Below, in pieces: positions 28,501 through 38,186 of a DNA stretch of 64,000 bases (position 1 is the first letter of the stretch; each line of letters begins with the position of its first letter). The position numbers were made by a program, and so were the translations under genes. Source of the DNA: a bacterium (GTDB taxonomy: Bacteria > UBA8248); NCBI GenBank assembly GCA_965204535.1, contig OZ241996.1, positions 512,001-576,000 of the forward strand, read 5' to 3'. The notes under the pieces are model-generated. The model had not been told where the DNA came from, ran no database searches, and saw only the letters and a list, made by a program, of their open reading frames with translations.

Positions 28501-30259
28501 AAGCGCAGCAGATGAAAATCCGAATGTGGACTATCCTGAGCTTGAGCGGCGCGTCGCCGAGACATATGCCGCTCGTTCGACGGCAACAAACAAGAACAGC
28601 CTTTATGACACTTACAAAATGGCGATCCGCTGGGCTTCCGACCGTATTGGCGAGCAGGGTGTCGTCGCTTTCGTAACGAATGGTTCATGGATTGACGGCA
28701 ACGTGGATTCAGGTGTGCGCGCCTGTCTGGCGGAGGAGTTCAGCGCGATATACGTTCTGAATCTGCGGGGGAATGCGCGGACATCGGGCGAATTGCGACG
28801 TTCCGAAGGCGACAACGCTTTCGGTCAGGGTTCCCGTGCTCCGGTGGCGATCACGATACTCGTTCGCAACCAGAACGCCACGGGCGAGGATTGCCGCATT
28901 CACTACTGCGACATCGGCGATTATCTCAAGCGCGAGAAGAAATTATCGATCCTGCGTGAGGCCGAGTCGATTGTGGGAATCGAGGACTGGCGAGAGATTT
29001 CGCCCGATGATCACCACGACTGGATCGGTCAGCGCAACGCAGAGTTTCAAAATTTCAGACCGTTGGGGTCGAAGGACGCAAAGGCCGGCAGGGTGGATGA
29101 GGCGATATTCGAACTTTATTCGTCAGGGATAAAAACTGGCAAAGATGTGTATATGTGTAATTTTTCCCACGACATTTGCGCGGAAAATGCCAGTAGGATG
29201 GTGGAAGACTACATGGGTGCGATGGGGGAATTAAAAGGATCTGGCAACCAGCTCCCAGATATTGACAGCATTATTCGCAACTATTCCTCAAACCTTCGGT
29301 GGGACAGAGAACTCAAAAACAATTTGAAGAGAACAAAAACAGTTTGTTATCAGCCAGACAACATCATGAAGACTCAGTACCGTCCCTTTGTAAAGCAACA
29401 CTGTTACGTTGAATATCTATTCGTACAGATGAAATACCGAATGGATAGCATCTTTCCGTCTGCCGACAGCGAAAACCGAGCGATCTGCATTCCGGGCGTC
29501 GGTTCCACCAAGCCGTTCTCGACACTCGTGGTCGATATGATGCCGGACATCCAACTGATGTTTAATGGTCAATGCTTTTCACGCTTTCGGTATCAGGAGC
29601 AAGCCTACGCGCAGGTCGACCTTCCTGGCTTTGAAGAAAAGCTGATGCAGGTGGACAACATCACGGATACTGCCTTGCGAACTTTCCGCGTTCATTACAA
29701 GGATAATCAGATTAGCAAGGATGCGATTTTCGACTACATTTACGGCGTGCTCCACGCCTCCGACTATCGGGAACGCTTCGCCAACGACCTCTCGAAAGAG
29801 TTGCCGCGCATCCCCCTGGCCCCTGATTTTCACGCTTTCGCTGAAGCCGGGCGCGCGCTGGCGGAACTCCATCTGGGCTACGAGACCTGCGCGGAATACC
29901 CGCTTGAAATGACTTTTGCGGGAGAGGGCGAACCACGCCGGGAACATTTCCGCATTAGTAAGATGCGTTTTTCAGATAAGGAGGAGAAAACGACTCTCAT
30001 CGTCAACGATTTCGTGAGCTTGCGCGGTATCCCCCAAGAGGCTCATCACTATGTCGTCAACGGGAGGGCGCCCCTTGAGTGGTTCATCGACCGCTACCGG
30101 ATTACACAGGACAAGCAAAGCGGCATTATCAACGACCCCAACGGGTGGTTCGACGACCCGAGGGACTTGATAACCGCAATTCGGCGGGTCGTGCACGTGA
30201 GCGTGGAAACCGCCCGCATCGTCAGCGGTTTGCCGGAATCCTTGCCCTCTGAATCCTGA
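25517..30259 (+). CDS. Type ISP restriction-modification enzyme (Mrr-like nuclease, SF2 helicase, N6 MTase, TRD; LlaBIII/LlaGI-like)
   Basis: DTGVD..QCK, ACGTGKT, DEAH, QAVGRAMRK, DPFTGTG, GNPPW, YRPF; 1580 aa. Confidence 0.93.
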   Translation: MSVSFHEMLDQIRAVSDSEREKGGRFERVMKKFFAEDPLYKERFSNVWLWSEWAARHSGFDGSDTGVDLVAEESEGGYCAIQCKCYAPDTRISKPDIDSFISASARDPFTARIVVDTGHPWGPNAKKTIAGLKPKCDRLCLDDLIHRCFDWPDLVHEEPEDLRYRPETFRLRPHQREAFDDCMARFREHDRGKLIMACGTGKTFTALRIAEAVAGVGGRVLYLVPSISLFAQSMREWATQKDIRHRYIGICSDTRAGKRDEDASLEELEIPVTTEPSKISKALQLAGARAMTVVFCTYHSLPLVEDAQKEGAPPFDLILCDEAHRTTGIERPEDEKTSPFVLVHDGEKIKAEKRLYMTATPRLYTASAKEKAARHEVEVFSMDDEATYGPEFHRLHFSRAVEQDLLSDYKVVVLGVYEQQADVMLTRHLASKDSDIPIPDAAKVVGCWRALQNPENKGKDEGSIRPLKRAIAFTNTIESSQRLEAHWEDLITQERDRLPEEERADALQCKTRHVDGQQNALDRKNSIDWLKGDSEEENGACRILSNARCLSEGIDVPALDAVLFMSPRNSHVDIVQAVGRAMRKAEGKEYGYIILPIAVPAGVDPARALDRNEQFEVVWSVLRALRSHDDRLDAEINKIDLNKALPEGIIIFDGEGSEKVDVSELPFPPVELPPGAMFAKIVDKCGDRKYWQSWAEDVADIFTRLVERIGNLLKSPENVTLREWFGDFHEELKISINESITRESAVDMMAQHILTRPVFEALFEGYDFAAGNPVSQALDRLRADFVEFGLENEIRDMEPFYESVRNRARGLDNSEARQRVLMELYENFFATAMKKDADRLGIVYTPPEVVDFILHSADHVLQEEFGRSLSEEGVHLLDPFTGTGIFLVRLIQSALIHDADLLRKYREELHANEIILLAYYIAAIHIEEAFHGRLGPETEYEPFDGIVLTDTFNLHTEKTGFPKTWLPDNSARVERQQKSPIQVVVGNPPWSVGQRSAADENPNVDYPELERRVAETYAARSTATNKNSLYDTYKMAIRWASDRIGEQGVVAFVTNGSWIDGNVDSGVRACLAEEFSAIYVLNLRGNARTSGELRRSEGDNAFGQGSRAPVAITILVRNQNATGEDCRIHYCDIGDYLKREKKLSILREAESIVGIEDWREISPDDHHDWIGQRNAEFQNFRPLGSKDAKAGRVDEAIFELYSSGIKTGKDVYMCNFSHDICAENASRMVEDYMGAMGELKGSGNQLPDIDSIIRNYSSNLRWDRELKNNLKRTKTVCYQPDNIMKTQYRPFVKQHCYVEYLFVQMKYRMDSIFPSADSENRAICIPGVGSTKPFSTLVVDMMPDIQLMFNGQCFSRFRYQEQAYAQVDLPGFEEKLMQVDNITDTALRTFRVHYKDNQISKDAIFDYIYGVLHASDYRERFANDLSKELPRIPLAPDFHAFAEAGRALAELHLGYETCAEYPLEMTFAGEGEPRREHFRISKMRFSDKEEKTTLIVNDFVSLRGIPQEAHHYVVNGRAPLEWFIDRYRITQDKQSGIINDPNGWFDDPRDLITAIRRVVHVSVETARIVSGLPESLPSES

Positions 30260-30273
30260 ACATCTACCTACCA

Positions 30274-30748
30274 CGCATTTCCCCGCAATTGCCGTACTCT
30301 CTGACATCGCGGATTCCGGTATCGTGCGCGCGTCGCGGGAAAACGATTCGCCCGCATGATTTGGAATGGAACGAAAAGGCGAGGGGGCTTTCTCATGGGA
30401 TCAGGCGAAGGGTCGAGAATGAAGACGGCAATCCCGGAAGAGCGCGGGCGGCTCGCGAGCCGCCCCTACGAAGGCATAAACCTTGCTCCTTGCTCGCGTT
30501 TTGTCACCGAGAGCCGGGGAGGCGCGCTCATGGAACGGGGATGGACGATGAAAATGAAAATAATGATATTTCCCGTAAATATCGAGAAATTCACGGGGTT
30601 TTTCGATAAATTTCTGAAAAATAACGTCCAGATAAATGATTGTAATCAAAAGGGTTATCACATAAATCTGAGCGTTCTGCACTCAGATATAGCGGCAAAA
30701 AAAGTTTTTTGGTTCCCGCGCATTTGCCCGCAACTGCCCGCATTTCCT
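30274..30748 (+). repeat. Non-coding segment homologous, in inverted orientation, to the region upstream of the tandem recombinases; carries 10-bp iterons
   Basis: 30274-30335 versus revcomp 49842-49903 is 57/62; 30526-30585 versus revcomp 49709-49768 is 49/60. Confidence 0.8.
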
Positions 30749-30872
30749 CCCGCGCCGCATCACGCCCACAAACCTTCATTCATCAACCGGGTTTGATCAA
30801 CCAGCATGGCGGCGTCCTGTGCCTTGGGGTATGGTGTCGCCCAACCATTCACCTCCAGATAGGGAACGCGAC

Positions 30873-31886
30873 ATGAAAGTAGGGCTCTTCATCACCAACC
30901 AGCAGTACCTCGAAACCGACATGGTCAGCGCCCTGGACGAGCAGTACGCCATGGTGCGCCTGGCGCGCGACAGGGGCTGGGACTCGCTCTTCACCGGGCA
31001 GCACTACCTGAACGAGGGCAACAACAAGCAGCTCCAGATCGTGCCCTTCCTTGCGCGCTTACAGGCCGAAGCGGGCGAGATGACGCTCGGGCTCGGCATC
31101 CTGCTCATCAACCTGCACAACCCGGTCTACGTCGCCGAGACGGTGGCGACGATGGACGTCCTCTGCCGGGGGAACTTCGTGTTCGGGGTCGGGCTGGGCT
31201 ACCGCGAGGCGGAGTTCGACGCCTTCCGCGTTCCCAAGGGGCAGCGCGTACGCCGCTTCGAGGAGTGCCTGGAACTCGTGAAGCGCCTCTGGACGGAGGA
31301 GGAAGTCACCTGGGAGGATGAGGTCTGCAAACTCGACGGCGTGCGCATGAACATCCGCCCCGTGCAGAAGCCCTACCCGCCGATCTGGGTGGCGGCCAAT
31401 AATGACAGGGCCATCGAGCGCGCCGCCCGCATCGGCGACAACTGGTTCATCAACCCCCACTCCACAACGGCGACCATCAAGCGGCAGATGGCGCTCTACC
31501 GCGCGGAACTCGACCGCTGCGGCAAGCCGTTTCCGGCGGAATTCCCCTGCATCAAGGAGGTCTTCTGCAGCCATGACAAGAAGAGCGCCCTCGAGATGGC
31601 GGGGCCCTATCTGTTCGGGAAGTACCGGGATTACGCCAAGTGGGGCCAGGACGACGCCATGCCGGAAGATGAGAGCTTCGATCAGGAATTCGACGATCTG
31701 CTCAAGGACCGCTTCGTCCTCGGCTCGCCCGAGGAGTGCTACGAGCAGCTTCGCCCCTACTGGGAGGAAGTGGGGATGAACCACCTCGTCATCCGCACCC
31801 ACTGGGCGGGGATGCCGCTATCCACGGCGCTTCACAGCATGCGGATGATCTCGGACGAACTCATGCCGGCGCTCCGGAAGATCTGA
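30873..31886 (+). CDS. LLM-class flavin-dependent oxidoreductase
   Basis: HNPVYVAETVATMD, GVGLGYR..EF, PVQKPYPPIW. Confidence 0.9.
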   Translation: MKVGLFITNQQYLETDMVSALDEQYAMVRLARDRGWDSLFTGQHYLNEGNNKQLQIVPFLARLQAEAGEMTLGLGILLINLHNPVYVAETVATMDVLCRGNFVFGVGLGYREAEFDAFRVPKGQRVRRFEECLELVKRLWTEEEVTWEDEVCKLDGVRMNIRPVQKPYPPIWVAANNDRAIERAARIGDNWFINPHSTTATIKRQMALYRAELDRCGKPFPAEFPCIKEVFCSHDKKSALEMAGPYLFGKYRDYAKWGQDDAMPEDESFDQEFDDLLKDRFVLGSPEECYEQLRPYWEEVGMNHLVIRTHWAGMPLSTALHSMRMISDELMPALRKI

Positions 31887-31970
31887 GGGTTTCCGTGCAC
31901 AACTGGCTGAATCATGGTATAGTGAGGCCATATTAAAATAGCACATGGCCGCAAAATGTGGGGGATCGAT

Positions 31971-32492
31971 ATGTCTGAAAAAAGGATGATATCTTTCGTT
32001 CTCAACGGAGAGCCCGTAGATGCGATGGTTCCCGTGAACCGCTATCTGGTGGACCTCATCCGCGAGGATTTAGGGATGATGGGCACCAAGCGCGCCTGCG
32101 ATCAGGGGGCGTGCGGCTCCTGCTCGATCATCATGGACGGTGAACTCATCAGTTCGTGTCTCGTCCTCGCGGTGCGCGCCGACGGTGCGAACGTCGAGAC
32201 GATTGAAGGCCTCGGCGGCCTCGAGGACCTGCATCCCTTACAAGCCGCCTTCGCCTCATACGGCGCTACCCAGTGCGGCTATTGCACGCCGGGGATGATC
32301 GTCTCGGCCAAGAAACTGCTCGAGGAGAACCCCGACCCCTCCGAGGAGGAGATCCAGCACTGGCTCACCGGAAACCTCTGCCGCTGCACGGGCTATCGCC
32401 AGATCATCTCGGCGATTCGCGCCGTGGCCGAGGGCAGGACCGAACCCGAGGCCCCCATTACGGTTCCCACGGTGAAGGCCTACGACGACTAG
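31971..32492 (+). CDS. (2Fe-2S)-binding protein, CoxS-like
   Basis: CDQGACGSC, QCGYCTPG, NLCRCTGY. Confidence 0.93.
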   Translation: MSEKRMISFVLNGEPVDAMVPVNRYLVDLIREDLGMMGTKRACDQGACGSCSIIMDGELISSCLVLAVRADGANVETIEGLGGLEDLHPLQAAFASYGATQCGYCTPGMIVSAKKLLEENPDPSEEEIQHWLTGNLCRCTGYRQIISAIRAVAEGRTEPEAPITVPTVKAYDD

Positions 32493-32519
32493 TTCCCTCC
32501 TCCCCTAAAGGAGGCCGCC

Positions 32520-32975
32520 ATGAAGCGAATGATCGAACACGTTGCTCTTCGCGTCACGGATCTCGAGAAATCCATCGCGTTCTACCGCGACGTGATGGGC
32601 TTCAAGCCCGTCGGCCGCCGCCTCATCCACGGCGGCGAGATCGACCAGGTCGTCTTCCGCGTGGGAGATGACATCCTTGTTCTCTTTCACGCCGATGATT
32701 TCGTCTCCGACGACGTCGAGGTGAAGGGCGGGATGGATCATCTCGCCTTTTGCATGGATGATGCCGAATACAACGAGGTGATCGACCGCCTGCGCGCCAG
32801 CGGCCGGGAGCCTCACCGCGGCGAGGAGAAGAACCTGGGCGCCTACGGCGTGGGCTACGCCACCTATTTCTACGATCCCGACAACGTGGAACTCGAGATC
32901 AAGCGCTACGACGACCCCCCCGAACAGCCGGGACCCGAGTGGTATGAGAGTGGACGGAAGATGAGCGTCTCCTAG
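32520..32975 (+). CDS. VOC/glyoxalase family protein
   Basis: HVALRVTDL..S..FY, DHLAF, YFYDPD..ELE. Confidence 0.9.
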   Translation: MKRMIEHVALRVTDLEKSIAFYRDVMGFKPVGRRLIHGGEIDQVVFRVGDDILVLFHADDFVSDDVEVKGGMDHLAFCMDDAEYNEVIDRLRASGREPHRGEEKNLGAYGVGYATYFYDPDNVELEIKRYDDPPEQPGPEWYESGRKMSVS

Positions 32976-33354
32976 GCGACCGGCCCCGACTCGCACGCAT
33001 TCCGGCGCCCCCGTGTCGGATTGTTTTCCAAAGTCCGGCCCGCAGCGACTTGAGATTCCCTCGGTGCGGTTTGAAGTGGTTTCCCGGTTCGTCCCACGGT
33101 TTCCGAGCCTCAGTCCATGAGTGAAATGCAAGGTGAAAACGCAATACATGAGGGATGAAAACACGAATTTAACATGAAATTCTTTATATTTATTGTAGTT
33201 GGATTACTATATAATGAAATATGAGTGTGGAGGGGTTCGGCGGCCACAGGCGCTGACGACAAGAGGCGCTTCCATGCCGAGCCCGGGACTTGCAGCGATC
33301 AACTCCAGGAAGGAATCCAAACACGAGGACGGAATTCAAACAGGAGGATCCGAA

Positions 33355-34629
33355 ATGTCTACCACAAGACTCACGGCGGCGGCCATGTTCGTTATGGTCG
33401 CATCATTCTTCATGTTCGCGCATCCGGTGGTCGCGGCCGAGCGCACCGTCAAGATCGCAGCTTGGGGCGCGAAATCCGGACCGTTGCGCTCGTTCGGCGT
33501 CAACTCCGAGGCCGTGCTCAAAGGGGCGATAAAGGCCATCAACGATTCGGGCGGCGTGAAACTGGGCGACGGCACCATGGCCAAGATGGAATTCACTTAT
33601 TACGACTCCGCCTGCAACGCCGATCAGGCCATCTCGATTGCGCGCAAGGTCGAATCGCAAACCGCAGCTTTGGCCGGCATCGGTCCGACGTGCTCCGGCG
33701 CCGCAGCGGCCATGTACGGCATCTTCCAGAAAAAGGTGGACGACAAGTCCGACAGCGGTCTTCAGTTTCCCATTCTCACCGACACCGCGATTCGTCCCGG
33801 CCTTGCCAAAAAGTCCCAATGGACGTTCCGCAACGTGCCCAACGAGATCACCATGTATGACGCGTTGTTCAAATGGTTGCGCTCCAAGTATCCCGACGTC
33901 AAGACGATCTACGGGGGAACCGAGACCGACCAGGCCCACTCCAGGATCACCTTCGCCGCCGTCATCGTCCAAAAGGCCAAGAAATACGGCTTCGAGTGGG
34001 TCGGCGGCGGCATCGAAGGGGTGACCGGCAAGATTATAGCGGGCATGAAGAATGTGCTCAAAGTCTCGAAATCGTCCAACTGGCTGCTTGCCGATACGAA
34101 CTTCTCGGTCCAGGCCCGCGCCTTCAAGAGATCGGGCGCCGACATGATGATCATCTCCTCGCACCCCTTCACCACCTGCGGCATGCTCAAGGAAATGAGA
34201 CGCCAGCGAATCAGGCCGAAGGTGCTCGTGGGACTCACCAGTTCGTCCAGCGCGGAAACCCTCAAGGGTTGCTCCGCCGCCGCGGAAGGCATCTATATCC
34301 CGACCGGCTTCGCTCCGATCACGAAGGCCGCCGCGAAGGTCGCCGCCGCCGCCGCCGCCAACGGCGGAGCAGCCGATCTGCACAGCGCGGCCGCTTGGGA
34401 GAACGCGCACATCATCAAGCAGGTGGTCGAGGCGACCGGCGTCATGGCCAAGCCCGAGACACTGAAGGCCGACAGGCGCAAGGTACGCGACGGTCTCGAA
34501 GCCCTGGTCAAGGTCGATGGACTGATGGGCGAGATCGGTCGGGTCCAGAACGAGGGCGAATCCATCAAACCCTACGTCTTCGTGCAAGCCCAAAAGGGTA
34601 CGTGGAAAGTCGTCCACGATCCACGCTAA
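33355..34629 (+). CDS. Branched-chain amino acid-type ABC substrate-binding protein
   Basis: Signal peptide, SGPL..FG, INDSGG, YDSAC, GPTCS; AGGAGG RBS. Confidence 0.88.
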   Translation: MSTTRLTAAAMFVMVASFFMFAHPVVAAERTVKIAAWGAKSGPLRSFGVNSEAVLKGAIKAINDSGGVKLGDGTMAKMEFTYYDSACNADQAISIARKVESQTAALAGIGPTCSGAAAAMYGIFQKKVDDKSDSGLQFPILTDTAIRPGLAKKSQWTFRNVPNEITMYDALFKWLRSKYPDVKTIYGGTETDQAHSRITFAAVIVQKAKKYGFEWVGGGIEGVTGKIIAGMKNVLKVSKSSNWLLADTNFSVQARAFKRSGADMMIISSHPFTTCGMLKEMRRQRIRPKVLVGLTSSSSAETLKGCSAAAEGIYIPTGFAPITKAAAKVAAAAAANGGAADLHSAAAWENAHIIKQVVEATGVMAKPETLKADRRKVRDGLEALVKVDGLMGEIGRVQNEGESIKPYVFVQAQKGTWKVVHDPR

Positions 34630-34670
34630 CGCAGTCTCCGACCAGGATCGCGACTGGTGGATCCTTGATG

Positions 34671-34721
34671 CGGCGACATGGTGAACAGGAGTTCGAATAG
34701 ATGCTGTTCACCATGTCGCCG
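34671..34721 (+). terminator. 18-bp perfect stem-loop between the SBP and first permease gene (attenuator or mRNA stabiliser)
   Basis: CGGCGACATGGTGAACAG ... CTGTTCACCATGTCGCCG; no U-tract. Confidence 0.5.
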
Positions 34722-34851
34722 GGCCGGGACTGGCGTCTTTCCCAGGAAAGTGCGAGAAAGCATGACTAGGAAGGTCCGATCACGTATCCGGTATTAGTCT
34801 CGCGCGACGCTGATTGTCCCTGGTCGCTGAGGGTACAAATGAGATCAGACC

Positions 34852-35748
34852 ATGAGTGATTTTTTGCTCGAGTTCGTAGAGATCACCCAGACCATCGGCG
34901 ACGGCCTGTTCTTCGGCACGACCTATGCGCTGATCGGCATCGGCTTTTCCTTGATTTTCGGCGCCATGCGAAAACTCAACATGACCTACGCCGCGGCGGC
35001 TCTGGCCGGGGCGTACGTCGGCCTGGCCGCGTTCACCTTCATCAACGCCCCGGCCCCGGTAGTATTCCTGATCTCCGCGCTCGCATCGGGGTTGATCGGC
35101 GGCGCCGTGTATATCACCTGCTTCAGGTTCATACCAATCAACAACCACCTTGCCGCCTTGATGGCTTCCATCGGGGCGCTGTTCTTCATCGACGAGATCG
35201 TCGTGCATACGACCGATGGTTCGCCGCTTACTTTTCCGGCATTGTTCGACGACGTGATGTTCGAAATGGGCCCTTACGGGGTGCGCGGCGATTTGCTTTT
35301 CGTGTTGGCGGTGAACATCGTCAGCACCATCGGACTGCTCTACGTGCTCTACCGAACCCGGCTGGGCTTGGCGACGCGAGCGGTGTCCCAACAGGATGTG
35401 GCGGCTCAGCTCTGCGGCATCGACGTCCATCGGACCAACGCCATCACCTTCGTGCTCGCGGGCTTGCTCGGCGGCATCGCCGGTTCGATGACGGCGTCCG
35501 CTGTCGGCGTGCTGTCGCCGCTGATCACCGTGCCGCTCACGGTCAAAGGCCTGATCGTCGCGGTTATCGGGGGCCTTGGATCGATCCCTGGAGCCATTGC
35601 GGCCGGGTTGCTGGTCGGCGGGCTGGAGAATGCGTTCCTGTACTTCCGGGGCGTCAACGAACGCGATATGTACGTGCTTCTGCTGCTGTTCGTTTTCCTG
35701 GTTTTCAGACCCGACGGTCTCTTCGGATCGGCTGTGGAGCGGGACTAG
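34852..35748 (+). CDS. LivH-like permease, set 1
   Basis: YALIGIGFSLIFG, GGLGSIPGA. Confidence 0.9.
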   Translation: MSDFLLEFVEITQTIGDGLFFGTTYALIGIGFSLIFGAMRKLNMTYAAAALAGAYVGLAAFTFINAPAPVVFLISALASGLIGGAVYITCFRFIPINNHLAALMASIGALFFIDEIVVHTTDGSPLTFPALFDDVMFEMGPYGVRGDLLFVLAVNIVSTIGLLYVLYRTRLGLATRAVSQQDVAAQLCGIDVHRTNAITFVLAGLLGGIAGSMTASAVGVLSPLITVPLTVKGLIVAVIGGLGSIPGAIAAGLLVGGLENAFLYFRGVNERDMYVLLLLFVFLVFRPDGLFGSAVERD

Positions 35749-35754
35749 CCACCG

Positions 35755-36669
35755 ATGTCGTACTACCTCGGCCTCGCCCAACTCATCGGGATTCACACTC
35801 TTCTCGGCTTGTCCGCGTATGTCCTGATGCTGACCGGACAGCTCTCATTGGGCCAGGCCGGCTTCTTTGCGATCGGAGCCTACTCCGCAGGCATTCTCAC
35901 CGTGATTTTCGAAGTACCGATTCTTCCGGCATTGCTCGCGGGCGCGGTCATCGCCGCGTTCTTCGCGTTCATCGTCGGTTTTCCCGCCCTGAGGGTAAAG
36001 GGTCTGATGCTGGTGGTCGCGACCATCGCGTTCGGCGAGTTCGTTCGTCTGTTCTTCTTCAACCTGAGCTGGCGCGTGCCGCGCGGCGACATCGTAGTCG
36101 GACCGGACAGCACCAACGGCTTCCGCGAGATCCGGTATTTCGTGGCGAACGGATGGTCGCCGTGGGAGATCGCGGCCTTCGTCTGGACGTTCGTCATCCT
36201 GGTCATGACGGCGCTGTGGTGGATGGATCGTTCGCGCGCCGGGGCGGTGTTGCGGGCAGTCGGCGAAGATGAACTCGCGACGCAAAGCGTCGGCATCAAC
36301 CTCACCGCGGTGAAGGTAACGGCCATGACCGCCGGCGGCTTCATCGCCGGCATCGGCGGAGCCCTCTACGCGCACACGGCGACCTACGTCGATCACCTCA
36401 CCTTTACCGTGCTGCTCGCGACCTTCGCGGTCTCCTATCCGATCCTCGGCGGCCTCTCGAGCGTGTTCGGCACCCTGGTGGCGGTCGTCTTCATTCAGGG
36501 CGTGCTCGTGGAAGGACTTCGGTTTCTGGGAGATTGGCGCAACATCGTGTTCGGGTTGCTGATCATCATGGCGATGAACCTGAAGCCTTCCGGCCTGTTC
36601 GATGCACGCACCGCCCAGGTCCTGAAACGCGCAGTCGGTCTCGACGGGCAGGAGAAGTCCGATGCTTGA
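35755..36669 (+). CDS. LivM-like permease, set 1
   Basis: GQLSLGQAGFFAIGAY, LRAVGEDE. Confidence 0.9.
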   Translation: MSYYLGLAQLIGIHTLLGLSAYVLMLTGQLSLGQAGFFAIGAYSAGILTVIFEVPILPALLAGAVIAAFFAFIVGFPALRVKGLMLVVATIAFGEFVRLFFFNLSWRVPRGDIVVGPDSTNGFREIRYFVANGWSPWEIAAFVWTFVILVMTALWWMDRSRAGAVLRAVGEDELATQSVGINLTAVKVTAMTAGGFIAGIGGALYAHTATYVDHLTFTVLLATFAVSYPILGGLSSVFGTLVAVVFIQGVLVEGLRFLGDWRNIVFGLLIIMAMNLKPSGLFDARTAQVLKRAVGLDGQEKSDA

Positions 36670-37438
36670 GCTGCGCGGACTGTCGAAACACTTCGGTGGG
36701 GTCAAGGCCGTCGATGAACTGGACATCACTGTTCAAGAGGGCGAGATCTTCGGGTTAATCGGCCCCAATGGCTCGGGCAAGAGCACGACCATCAACCTGG
36801 TCTGCGGTGTGTATCAGGAAACGGCCGGTACGGTTCGATTCCACGAGGAACTGATGAACGGCAAGCCTCCGCACCAACGCCTGCGAGCGGGAATCGCCCG
36901 AACGTTCCAGAATATCCGCCTGTTTCCGAATCTCACCGTATGGCAGAACCTGTGGGTGGCGCAGAACTCGCCCCAGGATATCGCCGCGCAAGGTTTTCTG
37001 TCACGCTGGTTCGGCGCTACCCGCCGGACGCGGAGGGAGATCGCCACCCTGCTCGAACTCGCCGATTTGGAACACAAAAGCGATGAACTCGCATCCAACC
37101 TCGCATTTGGGGAACAACGGCGACTGGAGTTTGCTCGCGCCGCGGCGGCCCGCCCAAAGTTGTTGTTGCTGGACGAACCTGCAGCCGGCATGAACCGCCA
37201 GGAGATCCATGATCTGAGCCAGCGCATTCGTCGTATGCGCGATTCCGGCGTAACGATCCTGCTCGTCGAACACGTGATGGAACTCGTAATGGGCGTGGCG
37301 GAGCAAATCGCCGTTCTCAATTTCGGGCAGAAGATCGCATCCGGGACTCCAGGCGACGTACAGCGGAACAAGGCTGTGCAGGAGGCTTACCTGGGAACAT
37401 CCGACTCGGATGCCCCCTCCCTCGATGCGGGCGATTGA
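36662..37438 (+). CDS. LivG-like ABC ATPase, set 1
   Basis: GPNGSGKS, ARTFQ, LDEPAAG. Confidence 0.9.
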   Translation: MLELRGLSKHFGGVKAVDELDITVQEGEIFGLIGPNGSGKSTTINLVCGVYQETAGTVRFHEELMNGKPPHQRLRAGIARTFQNIRLFPNLTVWQNLWVAQNSPQDIAAQGFLSRWFGATRRTRREIATLLELADLEHKSDELASNLAFGEQRRLEFARAAAARPKLLLLDEPAAGMNRQEIHDLSQRIRRMRDSGVTILLVEHVMELVMGVAEQIAVLNFGQKIASGTPGDVQRNKAVQEAYLGTSDSDAPSLDAGD

Positions 37439-37442
37439 GAAC

Positions 37443-38159
37443 ATGCTGAGCGTTCGGGATCTCGTCACTTCCTACGGAAAAGTGCAGGCGTTGCGAGGCA
37501 TCTGCCTGGATGCGGCCGAGGGCGAAATCACGTGTCTGCTCGGCCCTAACGGCGCAGGCAAAACGACGACCATGTTCACCATTGCAGGCATCCTTTCCCC
37601 CGAATCCGGCTCCGTCGTTTTGAGCGGCGATGACATAACGCGGCTGCCGGCCAGCAAGGTGGTCTCAAGAGGCCTCGCTCTGGTGCCCGAGAACCGTCTT
37701 GTCTTTCCCTACATGAACGTCGAGGAGAACCTTCATGCCGGCGCCTACTCCCGGCGGGCTTCCGAGGCGGAGGTCGCGGCCGATGTCGCGGACATGTATC
37801 GGCGTTTTCCTCGCCTGGAAGAACGCAAGGGTCAGCTTGCGGGCACCCTGTCGGGAGGCGAGCAGCAGATGCTGGCCATTGCCAGGGGTCTGATGAATCG
37901 CCCCGAGATTCTGCTCATGGACGAGCCATCCATCGGGCTGGCGCCGCTGATCGTCAGGGAGATTTTCAACATCATCCGCGAATTGAATGCGGAAGGCGTC
38001 ACGATTTTCCTGGTCGAACAAAACGCCCATATGGCGCTGACTGTGGCCCACAAGTTCTACCTCATCGAAAACGGAGAAATCACATTCTCGGGATCGCCCG
38101 GTGAGCTCGCAGAAGACGAGGTCATTCACCGGGCCTACCTCGGGTCGCAGAAGGGTTAA
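37443..38159 (+). CDS. LivF-like ABC ATPase, set 1
   Basis: GPNGAGKT, LSGGEQQM, MDEPSIGLAP. Confidence 0.9.
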   Translation: MLSVRDLVTSYGKVQALRGICLDAAEGEITCLLGPNGAGKTTTMFTIAGILSPESGSVVLSGDDITRLPASKVVSRGLALVPENRLVFPYMNVEENLHAGAYSRRASEAEVAADVADMYRRFPRLEERKGQLAGTLSGGEQQMLAIARGLMNRPEILLMDEPSIGLAPLIVREIFNIIRELNAEGVTIFLVEQNAHMALTVAHKFYLIENGEITFSGSPGELAEDEVIHRAYLGSQKG

Positions 38160-38186
38160 CGAATACCGGAGTCGTAGGAGCACGTC

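Noticed and set aside
32980-33350. Riboswitch or ncRNA in the long leader of the ABC SBP
   Set aside because: No recognisable conserved riboswitch motif by eye; an Rfam/Infernal search is needed
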